A stretch of 64,000 nucleotides of DNA from a virus. The stretch is taken from positions 1-64,000 of IMG/VR virus record IMGVR_UViG_3300037346_000419; one strand, given 5' to 3'. The first letter of the stretch is position 1. The number at the start of each line of letters is the position of its first letter. The position numbers were made by a program, and so were the translations under genes. Under the pieces are notes generated by a model. The model worked only from the letters and a program-made list of their open reading frames with translations, did no database searches and had not been told where the DNA came from. Below, in pieces: positions 11,470-22,598 of this stretch.

Positions 11470-14400
11470 ATGAGTTGTATCGTAAATAAAGTTAAAAAGC
11501 TTATAGTAGGAAAAGCTACTTCATATATTATAAAAGACAATGAAGTTATAATACCTGTAGAAGGTGAAAGAACTTTAAAAATGGCTTATAAAATAGCAGA
11601 AGGTAAAGTCTCTGCTATTAATGAAGCTTATAATGCTGAAAAATTTGGAGCAGTTGTTTCTATAAACAATACTTATAGTGATGGAGTTGGTATAAATATT
11701 CATCCTTCAAAAATTCTTGAATCTGCAAATGAAGTAAGAATAAAGAAAAAAAGCTTAGAAGAATTTAATAGAGACTTAAAGTATTTTAATGGAGATGCTG
11801 CTTTAAAAGAGCAAGAAGATAGAGATAATACATTTGGAGCAAGAGTAAAAAAAAACAAGTCAGAAACTGAAGAAAATCCTACTCCATTAGGTGATAATTA
11901 TGTTGAAGTTTTAAATTGGAAAATTAAAAAACTTGAAGCAAAAGAAAAAGAAATTCAAAAAGTAAAATTTGTATTATCAGTACCAAATGCAAATAAAAAA
12001 GAAAATTTAAAAAGGAAAAAAATATTAGAAAAAGAAGCTCAAAAATTAGAAAATCAAATTGAATATTTAAAACAAAATAAAAATGAACTCTTATATCATG
12101 CTGTGTTAGAAGATTTAGAAGAAATTAAACAAGCTATACAAAATGATTTAATTCATAATATTGATTCAGTTAGGCAAACTTTAGAATTTTATACAAAGTT
12201 TCAAAATAAATTAGATTCTCAAGATGAAGTAGTAAGAGATATTAAAGCTATGATTACAGATTTAATAGCTACAAATGAAGCTGTTAATTACAAAGAAACT
12301 ATAAAATTATTAGAAAATAATGATAATTTAATAAAGACTATTGAAAATTATAATGAAGAAAAAGGGACAGAAATATCTGTTCAAGATACTTTAGCAGCTT
12401 TATCTGATATTGATTTAGTAACTGCTCAAACTTTAGGTTTATCTTCTTCTCAAACTGGAGATACAGTTATACCTCAATTTGTTTTAACTGAGTTTATGAA
12501 GTTGGTTAATAGAAAGCAAAACAGTGTTATTGCTATGATTGACAAACTTAGAGAGTTTAATAATCTTAATCCAAATTTAAAAAACAAAAATCTAATTTTT
12601 GAAGATGATACTACAGGACAAAAACTAACTGGTTTATATAGTTCTAAATGGGATGCAGAGATTAGTAAAAGAAACAAACTAGAATATTCTTATAGAATTT
12701 CTACTAACCCTAAAGAAAAAGCTGCTGCATACAGAAGGGTAATTGAGTGGCATCAAAAAAACACTGATGTTATTAATTTCTTTAAGATAAAAGAAATTAG
12801 AGATTTATATTTTGGAGAAAGTGCTTATAATAAGTACTTTATATATGAAGACTCTGAAATGAGTAATTATGAAATGGAACTAAGAGAAAAACTGGGGCTA
12901 TTATATGAAGAAACATTAAATACCTTAAAAGAAAAATTAGCTAACTTTGAAGAAAGAAAATTAGATGTTGATAACACTTATTTTGCAAGAAATATAGCTC
13001 AGAATGACATATGGAGTTTCTTAGATAAATATTTAAATTCAGATTTTTCTCCAATATCATTTGAATATGAAGGCCAAGAAAGAAAAGTTTATTTTAATTC
13101 TTTTTATAATGTTCCTTTTACAGCAAAAGAAGAAACTGTTAATCCTATAGGTTATGATGATGTAAAAAATGAAGTAATATATAAGACAACAAAAACAAAT
13201 TTTTATTCAGACAACTTTAAAAGTTTGAAAAAAGACCCCAAGTTACTTGAACTTTGGAGTATATACAGAGAAATGGGTAATTATATTAACACTACTTATG
13301 CTTTACAAACAAATGGTAAAGTAACTTTACCTAAAGTAAAACAAGTGTTTGCTGACCATATTCAAAAGAATTTTGAAAGTATTAGAAAAGGTGGAATAAA
13401 AGATGGAATAAAAAACTTATTTTCTGAAAGTGTACAAGTTATGAAAAGCATGTATTATGAAAAAGGAGAATATAAACCTAATCCAGATGGAGAAGTAGTT
13501 TCAAATTATGGAGATAGTGTAAGTAAAGAAATACAAAACTTAAAAGAAACATACATAGCACAAGGTATGAGTTCTGAAGCCGCTTTGGAAAAAGCTAAAA
13601 AACAAACTTTAAACTTATATTCAGATGATGTAGATAGAAATTTTACAGCAGTATTATTAAATGCAGCTTTACATGATGCAAGAGAAGAAATGGCCCCAAA
13701 AGCTAAATTATTATTAGCCACCTACTCAAAAATAAAAGATGCAAATGGAAATGATAGAGTTAATGGTATACAAAGATTAACTGCTCAAATTAATAAAATC
13801 ATTTTAAATCAAAGTTTAGATGCAAGAGGTAAACCAGGAAAATTACATAAAGAAATAAAAGGTAAAATAAAAGGTGTAGGAATACCTAAGTATTTTTCTG
13901 AATATGAAAAATTATTACTAGAGCAATTTAAAGAACTTAAAAAAGGAGAATATAAAGGAGAATTTACTTTAAGTAATGATGAAATATATTTAAGTAGAGT
14001 TTATGATAAAAAAGCTAAAAAGTTTATTCACACTCTTGAAAAAGAAGGAGAACTAAAAGAAGTAGAAGAAAGTGAATTTAATGCAGTTTATGAAAAATAC
14101 ATAGATGATAAAATTGAATCTCTTGGTATATATGCAAATATAGCAGGTATGGTTACAGGAGCTTTAAAAACAAATATTATTAAGAGTATGGTGTTATCTC
14201 CTATTAGTGGTATATATAACAGAGTAGAGGGTGTTATATCTTTAATGATTATGGATATGACAGGAGAATATTGGACACCAGGTAATAATGATAAATCAAA
14301 AGATACTATGGCTTTTGCAAATATCATGAATATGTCTTCTAAAAAGTATAAAACCAAAAAGATGGGTAAAAGAAGAGAAACAATGGAGATATTTAAACAA

Positions 14401-16086
14401 GTAGTAAAAAAGTTAGGGGATTTTCAAGATAGAAAAGATGTATTGCAAGAAAGTGCAGGTAATCAAGATGTTGGAAATAACTTAATGAAATTTTTATATA
14501 GTTGGGCTATTCATGCTCCTGAATTTAAAAATCAAGGTCAAGCAATGTTAAATGTAATGCAAGATGAAACAATACTTGATAATAATGGAAAAGAGCATCA
14601 ATTTTTTAACGGTGATAGTAAAGAATTTGCAGCTTTTGAAATAGTAAATGGAATAGTAAAAATAAAAGACAATTTTAATAAAAGTTTTTCTTTTGAGAGT
14701 TCTCAAATGGAAAATTTAATGGTAAAAGCTTCTGATACAATTAGTCACGTTAATGGTAACTACAATCAGTATGATATAATGTTATTAAAAAATAAATTAG
14801 GTGGTAGAGCTTTAGCAGCTTTTAAAACTTGGTTGCCAGAACAAGCTTATGCTAGATTTGGTGGAATGACTAAAACTGATGAAAATATTACTTTAAATTT
14901 AGCTAATCAAAAAGAAAAAAGACAAGGTAGATTTGTAGAAGGTTATAGAGGAAGTAAAGCAGCAACTTTAGCTTATGGAGCTGGTGTAGTTGCAATTTCT
15001 TATGGAGTATTACCTGGAATTGTTGGAGCATCATTAGTATTAGGAACAAGTGTGGGTCTAGCTTATGTTTATAAAAAATATATAAAGAAACTAGTAAATG
15101 ATAAAAGTACAGTAGAAGATATTGCCAGTCTTTTACATATTGCAGAGTTTCTTAAAAGTACTTTAATTGACAGTTTAAATTTTCCTTCTCGAATAGCTTC
15201 TTCTATTCCTGGAGTAAAAAAATTAAGAATTAACACTATTGATAATAAGATTAAGTTTTTTAATTCTATGAATGGTTTAGTTGCCACTGAAGGAAATAAG
15301 AGTGTTTATAAGTCTTTAACTGAAGAAGAAGCAGCTTCTTTGAGAGCTATGTCAATGGAATTAGGAGCTATGCTATCTGTTTTATTAGTTAAAATAGGAC
15401 TCGGAGTATTAATGTATGATGATGATGATGAAGAAGCAATTAAACAATATAATTTTGTACAAAATCAATTAAGTAAAAGTATAAATACTTTAAATTTTTA
15501 CACTTCTCCTCAAGCTATGTTTAGTGATGTTCAAAGAATAGGGCTTTTAAAGTATTTAGAAAATATGGCAGATGTACCTCTAGGTATAGTAGATTTAGAT
15601 GGTGAAAGAGTTATGGTGGGTTTAGGAGGAATTACGCCTATACCTACTAATTTATTAAAAATAGATAAAAATGGGATGCATGTAATGAAAAATTCTCTTA
15701 AAAATGATTATCTAATAGACAATTTTGCAGGTAAATATGGTTCTTTAAATTGGACTCAAGATTATATAAAAGATGTAGCAACTGATAGTAAATTCTCAGA
15801 AGAAAAAGATTATAAAGAGGATAGGGCAGAGTTTAGAAAACAAATAAAAGATGAATTTAGAGACATTACAAGTAGTAAAGCAATTTTATCTTCAATAGCT
15901 GATGCTCATTCAGTTAATAAATATGGACAAAAAAGAAATGGTGTAGTAAAGTTCAAATCTAAAAGTGCCATTAAAAATAGTTTAAAAAGAAGTTTAATAA
16001 AAGATTTTATAGAGCTTGGAATGACAAATAAAGAAGCTAATGAAAAGATGAAAGAAATCTTAGATAAAACTGATGAAACATGGTAA
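11470..16086 (+). CDS. Large virion cargo/ejection protein next to vRNAP
   Basis: 1538 aa, coiled-coil rich, with hydrophobic C-terminal segments (AATLAYGAGVVAISYGVLPGIVGASLVLGTSVGLAYVY). Position matches crAss-like giant virion genes. Confidence 0.6.
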   Translation: MSCIVNKVKKLIVGKATSYIIKDNEVIIPVEGERTLKMAYKIAEGKVSAINEAYNAEKFGAVVSINNTYSDGVGINIHPSKILESANEVRIKKKSLEEFNRDLKYFNGDAALKEQEDRDNTFGARVKKNKSETEENPTPLGDNYVEVLNWKIKKLEAKEKEIQKVKFVLSVPNANKKENLKRKKILEKEAQKLENQIEYLKQNKNELLYHAVLEDLEEIKQAIQNDLIHNIDSVRQTLEFYTKFQNKLDSQDEVVRDIKAMITDLIATNEAVNYKETIKLLENNDNLIKTIENYNEEKGTEISVQDTLAALSDIDLVTAQTLGLSSSQTGDTVIPQFVLTEFMKLVNRKQNSVIAMIDKLREFNNLNPNLKNKNLIFEDDTTGQKLTGLYSSKWDAEISKRNKLEYSYRISTNPKEKAAAYRRVIEWHQKNTDVINFFKIKEIRDLYFGESAYNKYFIYEDSEMSNYEMELREKLGLLYEETLNTLKEKLANFEERKLDVDNTYFARNIAQNDIWSFLDKYLNSDFSPISFEYEGQERKVYFNSFYNVPFTAKEETVNPIGYDDVKNEVIYKTTKTNFYSDNFKSLKKDPKLLELWSIYREMGNYINTTYALQTNGKVTLPKVKQVFADHIQKNFESIRKGGIKDGIKNLFSESVQVMKSMYYEKGEYKPNPDGEVVSNYGDSVSKEIQNLKETYIAQGMSSEAALEKAKKQTLNLYSDDVDRNFTAVLLNAALHDAREEMAPKAKLLLATYSKIKDANGNDRVNGIQRLTAQINKIILNQSLDARGKPGKLHKEIKGKIKGVGIPKYFSEYEKLLLEQFKELKKGEYKGEFTLSNDEIYLSRVYDKKAKKFIHTLEKEGELKEVEESEFNAVYEKYIDDKIESLGIYANIAGMVTGALKTNIIKSMVLSPISGIYNRVEGVISLMIMDMTGEYWTPGNNDKSKDTMAFANIMNMSSKKYKTKKMGKRRETMEIFKQVVKKLGDFQDRKDVLQESAGNQDVGNNLMKFLYSWAIHAPEFKNQGQAMLNVMQDETILDNNGKEHQFFNGDSKEFAAFEIVNGIVKIKDNFNKSFSFESSQMENLMVKASDTISHVNGNYNQYDIMLLKNKLGGRALAAFKTWLPEQAYARFGGMTKTDENITLNLANQKEKRQGRFVEGYRGSKAATLAYGAGVVAISYGVLPGIVGASLVLGTSVGLAYVYKKYIKKLVNDKSTVEDIASLLHIAEFLKSTLIDSLNFPSRIASSIPGVKKLRINTIDNKIKFFNSMNGLVATEGNKSVYKSLTEEEAASLRAMSMELGAMLSVLLVKIGLGVLMYDDDDEEAIKQYNFVQNQLSKSINTLNFYTSPQAMFSDVQRIGLLKYLENMADVPLGIVDLDGERVMVGLGGITPIPTNLLKIDKNGMHVMKNSLKNDYLIDNFAGKYGSLNWTQDYIKDVATDSKFSEEKDYKEDRAEFRKQIKDEFRDITSSKAILSSIADAHSVNKYGQKRNGVVKFKSKSAIKNSLKRSLIKDFIELGMTNKEANEKMKEILDKTDETW

Positions 16087-16110
16087 GCAAAATTTTTTAT
16101 TGAACCATAT

Positions 16111-16145
16111 AAAAAGGCTAGTATTTCTACTAGCCTTATTTATTT
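16111..16145. terminator. Bidirectional intrinsic terminator between convergent modules
   Basis: AAGGCTAGTA-tttc-TACTAGCCTT perfect 10-bp stem, A-run on the left and T-rich on the right. Confidence 0.8.
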
Positions 16146-16509
16146 ACAAATCTAATTTTAGTTGATTTGTTTCATCTAAATAATTTATTGTAATATATGC
16201 TTTATTTTTCCAAGCTACAAATCCTAAATTTTCATTTTCAAATCTAGCATCTGACTCTTTTAAAATCATAACATTTTCTTTCAATATACTTGCTAATTGT
16301 TCTAATTTACTTTTATCTTTAGTGTAATTTATATCTCCATACCAAACTTTACCTTGAGAAGTTATAACATTTGCATTAAATATTATAATATCATCAGGAT
16401 ATTTTTCTTTGTATGCAGATTTAGAACCTAACAACATTGTACCATTGTGTCCTAGTGTAGAAATTAAAAGTTGTTTATGGTCTAATACTCTATTCTCCTG
16501 TACTTCCAT
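16144..16509 (-). CDS. Hypothetical phage protein
   Basis: 121-aa ORF overlapping the end of dut, last gene of the - strand block. Confidence 0.6.
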   Translation of the reverse strand: MEVQENRVLDHKQLLISTLGHNGTMLLGSKSAYKEKYPDDIIIFNANVITSQGKVWYGDINYTKDKSKLEQLASILKENVMILKESDARFENENLGFVAWKNKAYITINYLDETNQLKLDL

Positions 16510-17002
16510 ATCCTTTTTCTCCTCTTTCTGTATCTATTGTGTAATCTTCAGCTTGAATCTCTTCTATAGCTGGTCTTATTACTTCTTTAGGTACTAATTG
16601 TGCTATTCTTTCACCTTTAATAATAGTATTCAATTGTGAAGTAGTATTTGAAATAATAATTCCAATTTCTCCTTTATAATCAGGGTCTATTGTTCCTGGA
16701 GAATTTGTAACTATTAAACCTTTTTTTAATGAGAAACCACTACGAGGTCTTACCTGAAGTTCTATATTTTCTGGTATATCTGCATATAAGCCAGTTCCAA
16801 ATAAAATTCTCTCGTAACCTCTTATTTTTATGTAATTGTTTCTCTCAAAACTATGCTGAACTTTTTCTAATCTCTCTCCAGTGATTTCTTCATCACCTTT
16901 ATAGACTTTAAGAATTGTATTAGCTGTTATATCCATTCCAACAGCTTTCTCTGTTTCATATTGAGGGAGTTTAACTCCCTCATTTAATTTAAATTTTATC
17001 AT
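16490..17002 (-). CDS. dut: Trimeric dUTPase
   Basis: Motifs AVGMDI, RPRSG, NSPGTIDPDYKGEI, RIAQL and RGEKGYGSTG. Confidence 0.95.
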   Translation of the reverse strand: MIKFKLNEGVKLPQYETEKAVGMDITANTILKVYKGDEEITGERLEKVQHSFERNNYIKIRGYERILFGTGLYADIPENIELQVRPRSGFSLKKGLIVTNSPGTIDPDYKGEIGIIISNTTSQLNTIIKGERIAQLVPKEVIRPAIEEIQAEDYTIDTERGEKGYGSTGE

Positions 17003-17007
17003 TTATT

Positions 17008-19659
17008 TTAACCACATTTTGAATGCCCACACTCTTTACAAGTAGAACATCCTTCTTCAAAAACTACACTTCCTTTTGTTTTACAATTATCACATTCCAA
17101 AGTTGAAGTTTCTCCTTTTGGAATATATTTTTTTAGTACTCTAGCAAGAGATTTAGAAAAAGATGTAATATCTCCCTCTCCTTTATTCAATTGCTCTACA
17201 ATATATTTGTTATTAACTCCATGTCTTAAACTAATACTAGTTAATCTCAATAATAAAGCTTGTTCATTTGTTAAATTACAAGTAATATCATGAAATATAT
17301 CATTTTGTTTGAAAAAATAACTATTACTAGTTTTTTTATAAATGATACCAGGACCTGAAAATTTACCTTCTGATTCATCTAAGAAAACTTCATAAGGTTT
17401 ATTATTTAATAATCCTACAATCCATTTATAGACATGTCCTTGTGAGTGGCTTATAAATGCTTCTCCTTCTAATTCTCTAGGTCTTTTTATAGCATCATGT
17501 TCTTTAAAAGCAACTTCATCTTTAATATCAGTATTAACTAATACACCAGTTCTACAGCCATCTCTATAAACAGTTACACCTTTAAGTCCCATTTCCCAAG
17601 ATTTCATATAGATATTTGCTACTTCTTCTTTAGTTACGGTATTTGGTAGATTAATTGTGGAGCTTATTGCACTAGTAGTATATTTTTGTAAAATACTTTG
17701 CATTTTAACTCTTTTTGTCCAATCAATATCATTTGCTGTGCTACCATACCAAGGTGACACTTTGAAATATAGTTCTAAAGAATCCTTAGTTAAAGCTTTT
17801 ACATAAAGGTAAGCATTTTCCTTAGTTTTATTAGTACCTTTTAATAAAGGATTAACATCAAAAGCTACTTCATTTTGAATTTGTATAATCATCCAATCTT
17901 TAAATTTAGGATGTAAAACAGAATATTCTGTCCAAGAATCTTTATTTTGGTCAATAAAATCTATTCTAACTCCTTCTTCTCCTGGATTAACTTTCTTTCT
18001 CCTAGTATAAAAAGGCATAAATAAAGGCTCACAACCAGATGTTGTTTGAGTCATAATTGAAGTTGTTCCAGCAGGTGCAATTGTATTCCAATTTACATTT
18101 CTTCTACCATATTTCATCATTCTTAACTTTTGCTCTGGAAATTCTTCTATAAGCATTTGATAAAAATCATTTGCACCTTGAGTTTCTTTATCAGAAAAAA
18201 TATTGGTGAATTCTAAATTTTTATCCCAACCTTTAAAAGGTCCTCTAAGAATAGCTAAATCAATACTACAATCAAGTTCTGCCTTCATTTTTGTATGCAT
18301 TACAAGTTCAACAGTATCTAAAGCTACTTCTGAATCAAATTTTAAATTTAAAGCAGCTAACATATCTCCTAAAGCAGTTATACCACATCCAACTCTTCTA
18401 CCTGATTCTGCAATATCTTTAACATTTAACCATAGAGTTTTTTCAATAGCTTTTTCTTCTTCAGGTAAATTATCAGATTCTATTTTTAATAGAATTCTTT
18501 CAATATACTCAATTTCTAAATCAACTAAATTATCTCCTTGTCTCATCATTTCATAAGTGATTTTATATAATAAATCATAGTCAATTACAGCTTCTTCAGT
18601 AAATGGGTTTTGTACCATATTAAATAGATTTAATAAAATTAATCTACAAGTATCATAAACTGCCATTGGCTGTTCTCCACAAGCATTTGTTCCATCAATA
18701 AAATATTTAGAATACACAGAGGAAGGGTCGTAATTAATAACTCTATCCCAGAAAAATAGTCCTGGTTCTGCATTTTCCCAAGCATTTTGTACAATTGCAT
18801 CAAAATACTCTTTTGCTCTGATTTTTTTAGCATATATTTTAAAATCTAATGAAGAATCTTGTATTATTGTCAGTGTATTATACTCTAAATCCTCTCTTTG
18901 ACATTCTACAATTTCAGAATTTATATCACAAGGAAATCTAAGAATATAATCCTCATCATTTTTTACAGCTTCAAAAAATTTATCTCTTGTTTTTACAGAA
19001 ATATTAGCTCCTGTAATCATAGTTCTATCAATTTTTGAATTGATAAAATCTAAACTGTCAGGATGATTAATATCAATATCAAGAAGACAAGCTCCTCTTC
19101 TACCATCTTGAGCTACTTCTCTTGTTGAATTAGAATATCTTGACATAAATGATACTGGACCTGTTGAAGTACTTGAAGCATTTTTAACTTCAATTCCTTT
19201 TGGTCTAATATTAGAAATACCTAATCCATAACCACATCCTCTTTTAGCTGCTGATATCAGCATTGTGTCAGTGTACATTATACTAGAATAAGAATCTTTA
19301 GGTGGTGGTAATCTAAGGCAATTACTAAGGCTTCTATAACCTTCTTTATAACCTAAAGATGCCATAATTCTACCTTGTGGTACAATGTATTTAAAATCTT
19401 TAAACATATCAAAGATTTTTTCTTCTGTTAAAGGTATTCTTTGTAAAGCATAATCAGACATAATTTCTAAGTTAAAAGAAGCATCTTCATAATAATTTTT
19501 TTCTTTTTCAATATACTTAGATTCTACTTTAGCAAATTCTTTTGCTAGTCTTCTGTGCATGTCATTAGGTGTTATATCATTTTCTTGTGCATATTTATTA
19601 AGCCACACATCTGAAGCTAATTCATCATTATTAAAATATTCTAATAATTCTTTATTCAT
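17008..19659 (-). CDS. nrdJ: Class II (adenosylcobalamin-dependent) ribonucleotide reductase
   Basis: PQGRIM, SLSNC, TNACGEQ, TIAPAGT, C-terminal CxxC...CxxCGHSKCG. No beta-subunit gene nearby. Confidence 0.9.
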   Translation of the reverse strand: MNKELLEYFNNDELASDVWLNKYAQENDITPNDMHRRLAKEFAKVESKYIEKEKNYYEDASFNLEIMSDYALQRIPLTEEKIFDMFKDFKYIVPQGRIMASLGYKEGYRSLSNCLRLPPPKDSYSSIMYTDTMLISAAKRGCGYGLGISNIRPKGIEVKNASSTSTGPVSFMSRYSNSTREVAQDGRRGACLLDIDINHPDSLDFINSKIDRTMITGANISVKTRDKFFEAVKNDEDYILRFPCDINSEIVECQREDLEYNTLTIIQDSSLDFKIYAKKIRAKEYFDAIVQNAWENAEPGLFFWDRVINYDPSSVYSKYFIDGTNACGEQPMAVYDTCRLILLNLFNMVQNPFTEEAVIDYDLLYKITYEMMRQGDNLVDLEIEYIERILLKIESDNLPEEEKAIEKTLWLNVKDIAESGRRVGCGITALGDMLAALNLKFDSEVALDTVELVMHTKMKAELDCSIDLAILRGPFKGWDKNLEFTNIFSDKETQGANDFYQMLIEEFPEQKLRMMKYGRRNVNWNTIAPAGTTSIMTQTTSGCEPLFMPFYTRRKKVNPGEEGVRIDFIDQNKDSWTEYSVLHPKFKDWMIIQIQNEVAFDVNPLLKGTNKTKENAYLYVKALTKDSLELYFKVSPWYGSTANDIDWTKRVKMQSILQKYTTSAISSTINLPNTVTKEEVANIYMKSWEMGLKGVTVYRDGCRTGVLVNTDIKDEVAFKEHDAIKRPRELEGEAFISHSQGHVYKWIVGLLNNKPYEVFLDESEGKFSGPGIIYKKTSNSYFFKQNDIFHDITCNLTNEQALLLRLTSISLRHGVNNKYIVEQLNKGEGDITSFSKSLARVLKKYIPKGETSTLECDNCKTKGSVVFEEGCSTCKECGHSKCG

Positions 19660-19957
19660 GAGTCCCTAAAATTTCATCATAATTAATAAGACTATATGTA
19701 TGAATCTCTTTTTCAGAAATTTTATCATGTTTTATGATATTACTACCTGAATAAGAGCTTATAAAAATTTTGTCTCCTTCTTTTACACCATTTTGTGGAC
19801 ATTCATTTCCTAAATTTAAAACAGTCCTTGTAATTTCAAACAAGTCTTCATCTGTTTCTTTTACATTATCCAATAGAATAATGTCTTTCTTTTTTTTAAG
19901 TGCTATAGTTTTAATTAGCACATTTTTTCCTATCGCTTTCATTTTGTGAACTTGCAA
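19652..19957 (-). CDS. GroES/Cpn10-like co-chaperonin
   Basis: MKAIGKNVLIK...IILLD...VLNLG...VKEGDKI...INYDEILG fits the GroES pattern. TAACTTTG box just upstream. Confidence 0.7.
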   Translation of the reverse strand: MQVHKMKAIGKNVLIKTIALKKKKDIILLDNVKETDEDLFEITRTVLNLGNECPQNGVKEGDKIFISSYSGSNIIKHDKISEKEIHTYSLINYDEILGTHE

Positions 19958-19970
19958 AGTTAATATAACT

Positions 19971-21997
19971 TTACATATTTAAAAAATACAATTCATGTTT
20001 TGCTCTAGTTCTTGCAACATACTTTAAGTTTTGCTCTTGTTGTAGTTGCTCTTTACTTTTAGCAAATTTTGAAGGTATTAAATTCTCATTTAGTATATAA
20101 ACTACATCAGATTCCAAACCTTTTGATTTATGAATTGTACATAGCATTATACCATTTTCTTTTTCTTCAAATAGAGATTTTAATTTCTCTAATAAAACAC
20201 TAACTAAATCATAGTCTCCACAAAAATGCTTATATAATAAGGTAAAATTATTAAGATTCTCTTTAAAAACATAAAATTTAATTTTTCCTTCTTCAGAATA
20301 ATCTTTTTCTAATTCTTCTGTTCTATAAGTCATTTCAATAAAAGCTTGAGTAACTGTGTTTGTGGAATAAGCTTTTAAAAATCTAATTAAAGAATTTAAA
20401 ATGTCTTCTCCTTTTAAATATACATTTTTATCTTCAGCTAACAACTGAAAATAAAGCTCTATTAAAGGATTTGTATTCCTGCAAATTACCATTGCTCCAT
20501 TTTGTATCAATTTATAGTCAGTTATAGTCTTTACAATACCTTCTGAAGAATTAAAAGGTGTCATTACATCATAGACTTCATTTGCTTTCTTTATAATTGA
20601 GTCATCGCATCTGTAACAAATATCTAAAGGTAATTGTTTTACATTTGGTTTAGATAAAAATAAATCAAAAGAAGAGGTTGAAGCCCCAGAAAAACCATAA
20701 ATAGCTTGATTTTTATCTCCAACACAAATAAATCTTTTAACTGATTGTTCAATTAACTTATCTACAATTTTATGTTGACAAATATTCAAATCCTGACATT
20801 CCGTTTTTTTGTATAGTTTTAAAACATGATAAAGATTAATTATTATCATTATACTATACCTTATACTTTCATATAAGACTAGACTATATCTTAAAAATTT
20901 CTAATTTTACATTTTTAATATTTAGATTTTTTATTGTATGAGAATTTATCCAATTTCTTTTGTAAGTATTCTCCCTTTTAGAATCATATATATGCTGAGA
21001 TAATCTTGCTTTTAAACTTGTGCAAGTTACCCCTACATACCTTACTTCTAATGTTTCTGGATTTTTTAAAACATATATTAAAAACTCTCTTTGTTTAATA
21101 TTTTTTATTCTCTACATGTTAAATCTTGTGTTATGCAAAAACAGTAATTTTTCTCCCCGTTTCCAAATAAAATAATCAATTTTAAATGTACGTATTTCTA
21201 CTAGTCGTTGAACCTTACCCATTTTAAAAGGTCTTGGCTGCTGATTGCCTATTTGACATCTCAATTATTTTTAACATTCACACTTATCTTTTCAGATTAT
21301 GTTGTAGTTAATTGAGCTTTAAGGTATTCCAGCAATTAAAGGAGTTTTAAGTGAACTAAATTTAATCCACCATTAGATAATGAGGATATATTGGAATTTG
21401 AAGGCTTTTTACAACTGGTAAATAAATCATATCATTAAAATCTATTAAAACTAAGTTTGATTCATAACTAGCATTTCTTAATTCTAAAAATCTTTGCCAT
21501 AAAACTTTTAAATCAGGTGTGATAACTAAACTTTTATCCATAGTTATAAAACAATCTCTAATAGATTCTACATCATCAATTAAAAATAATCTAGATATAT
21601 CATTCATATCCATTAAATCATAACTCATTTTAAGTTTATCTTTCCAAACTAGCTTTTTAAATATTCTTTTATTTTGAAATTGTAATTTTTTAATTAAACT
21701 AAAATTTTTACCATTATCTATTTTTATATTCTTATAACTATTTCTTATTGCACTTAAACCTAAACTATGAATTGTCATAGCTTTTCCTTGAGTTAAATTT
21801 TTACTTTCTATTTTATTTTGAATTTCTTCTTTGATTGATTTATTAAAAGCTAAAAAAAGAGTTTTTTCTTGACAATGTTCTAATAACAGTAACAAAGTGG
21901 TAGTTTTACTACCACCTGCTACAGCATTTATTAAAATATTACAATCTTCATTATTCCAAACATCTAAAATGTTTTGTTGTTTTTCACTTAGAATCAT
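19971..21997 (-). CDS. UvrD/Rep-like SF1 helicase, split by a group I intron (exons 21365-21997 and 19971-20801, 487 aa spliced)
   Basis: Walker A-like AVAGGSKTTT. Splicing restores MVD|ECQD. Also VGDKNQAIYGF, YRC, TIHKSKGLE and YVARTRAK. Confidence 0.9.
20802..21364 (-). mobile_element. Group I self-splicing intron (563 nt) in the helicase gene
   Basis: Core elements AATTGCTGGAA, AATCAGCAG, GTTCAACGACTA and AAGATATAGTCT. Exon ends in U and intron ends in G. P1 pairing GGUGGAU/GUUCACU. Confidence 0.92.
20884..21117 (-). pseudogene. Truncated GIY-YIG homing endonuclease remnant inside the intron
   Basis: Frame reads ATG TAG then RIKNIKQREFLIYVLKNPETLEVRYVGVTCTSLKARLSQH...KRNWI...FKI*. GIY-YIG-type motifs present, with an immediate stop and no C-terminal part. 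Confidence 0.75.
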
Positions 21998-22113
21998 TTT
22001 TTAATATTTTTATAATTTCTTCAATTTCAAACTTTTCATCAGTACCTAACCTATCAGACCAACTTACTAAGTTTTCTAATCTTTCGATACCTATTTTTAC
22101 ATTTTTTGGCATA

Positions 22114-22362
22114 TTATAATATTTCTATAGTTAAATGAACCCATTCATCAATTATTTCAACTTCTGTTTTAACTTTATCTTTAAAAGTAACTATAACTTC
22201 ATGTTGAATCTGTCTAGCATCTTCTATATCAATTCTTGATGCTTTTTCTCTTCCTACATCTCCATTTTCTCTGGTTATATAAGTTATTGTGTTTTCATCT
22301 GCATCATCTAAATATAGATTAGTCATTAATGTATCAATGAACTTTTTTATATCTTCTTTCAT
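22114..22362 (-). CDS. Hypothetical protein
   Basis: 82-aa ORF in the co-directional gene run. Confidence 0.55.
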   Translation of the reverse strand: MKEDIKKFIDTLMTNLYLDDADENTITYITRENGDVGREKASRIDIEDARQIQHEVIVTFKDKVKTEVEIIDEWVHLTIEIL

Positions 22363-22598
22363 GGTCTTTTTTTAAGTGCTAAAGCAAATCCTCTTTTATA
22401 CCCATCTTTATAGGTATCTTCATCTAAAACAATCATTGGACACATTGGAACAATTCCTAAAAAAGTACAATTATATTTATCAAAACACCAACCTTCAGTA
22501 TAACCTTTTTTAAATCCTTCACAATAAGTTCCTGTTGTGTTATAAGCGTTTATATTTAACATATAAACGCTTAAACATATTAATATTAATTTTCGCAT
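22359..22598 (-). CDS. Small secreted Cys-containing protein
   Basis: N-terminal signal-like hydrophobic segment, 4 Cys in the mature part, GFxxGY repeats. Confidence 0.55.
   Translation of the reverse strand: MRKLILICLSVYMLNINAYNTTGTYCEGFKKGYTEGWCFDKYNCTFLGIVPMCPMIVLDEDTYKDGYKRGFALALKKRP

Noticed and set aside
21900-21925. Atypical Walker A (AGGSKT rather than AGSGKT) suggesting an inactive helicase
   Set aside because: The Lys-Thr and all other helicase motifs are intact, so inactivity cannot be supported from sequence alone.
19971-21997. Helicase as a pseudogene or two separate genes, and likewise the ATPase at 33138-34211
   Set aside because: Group I intron cores with correct U/G boundaries restore the frame and the catalytic motifs exactly.
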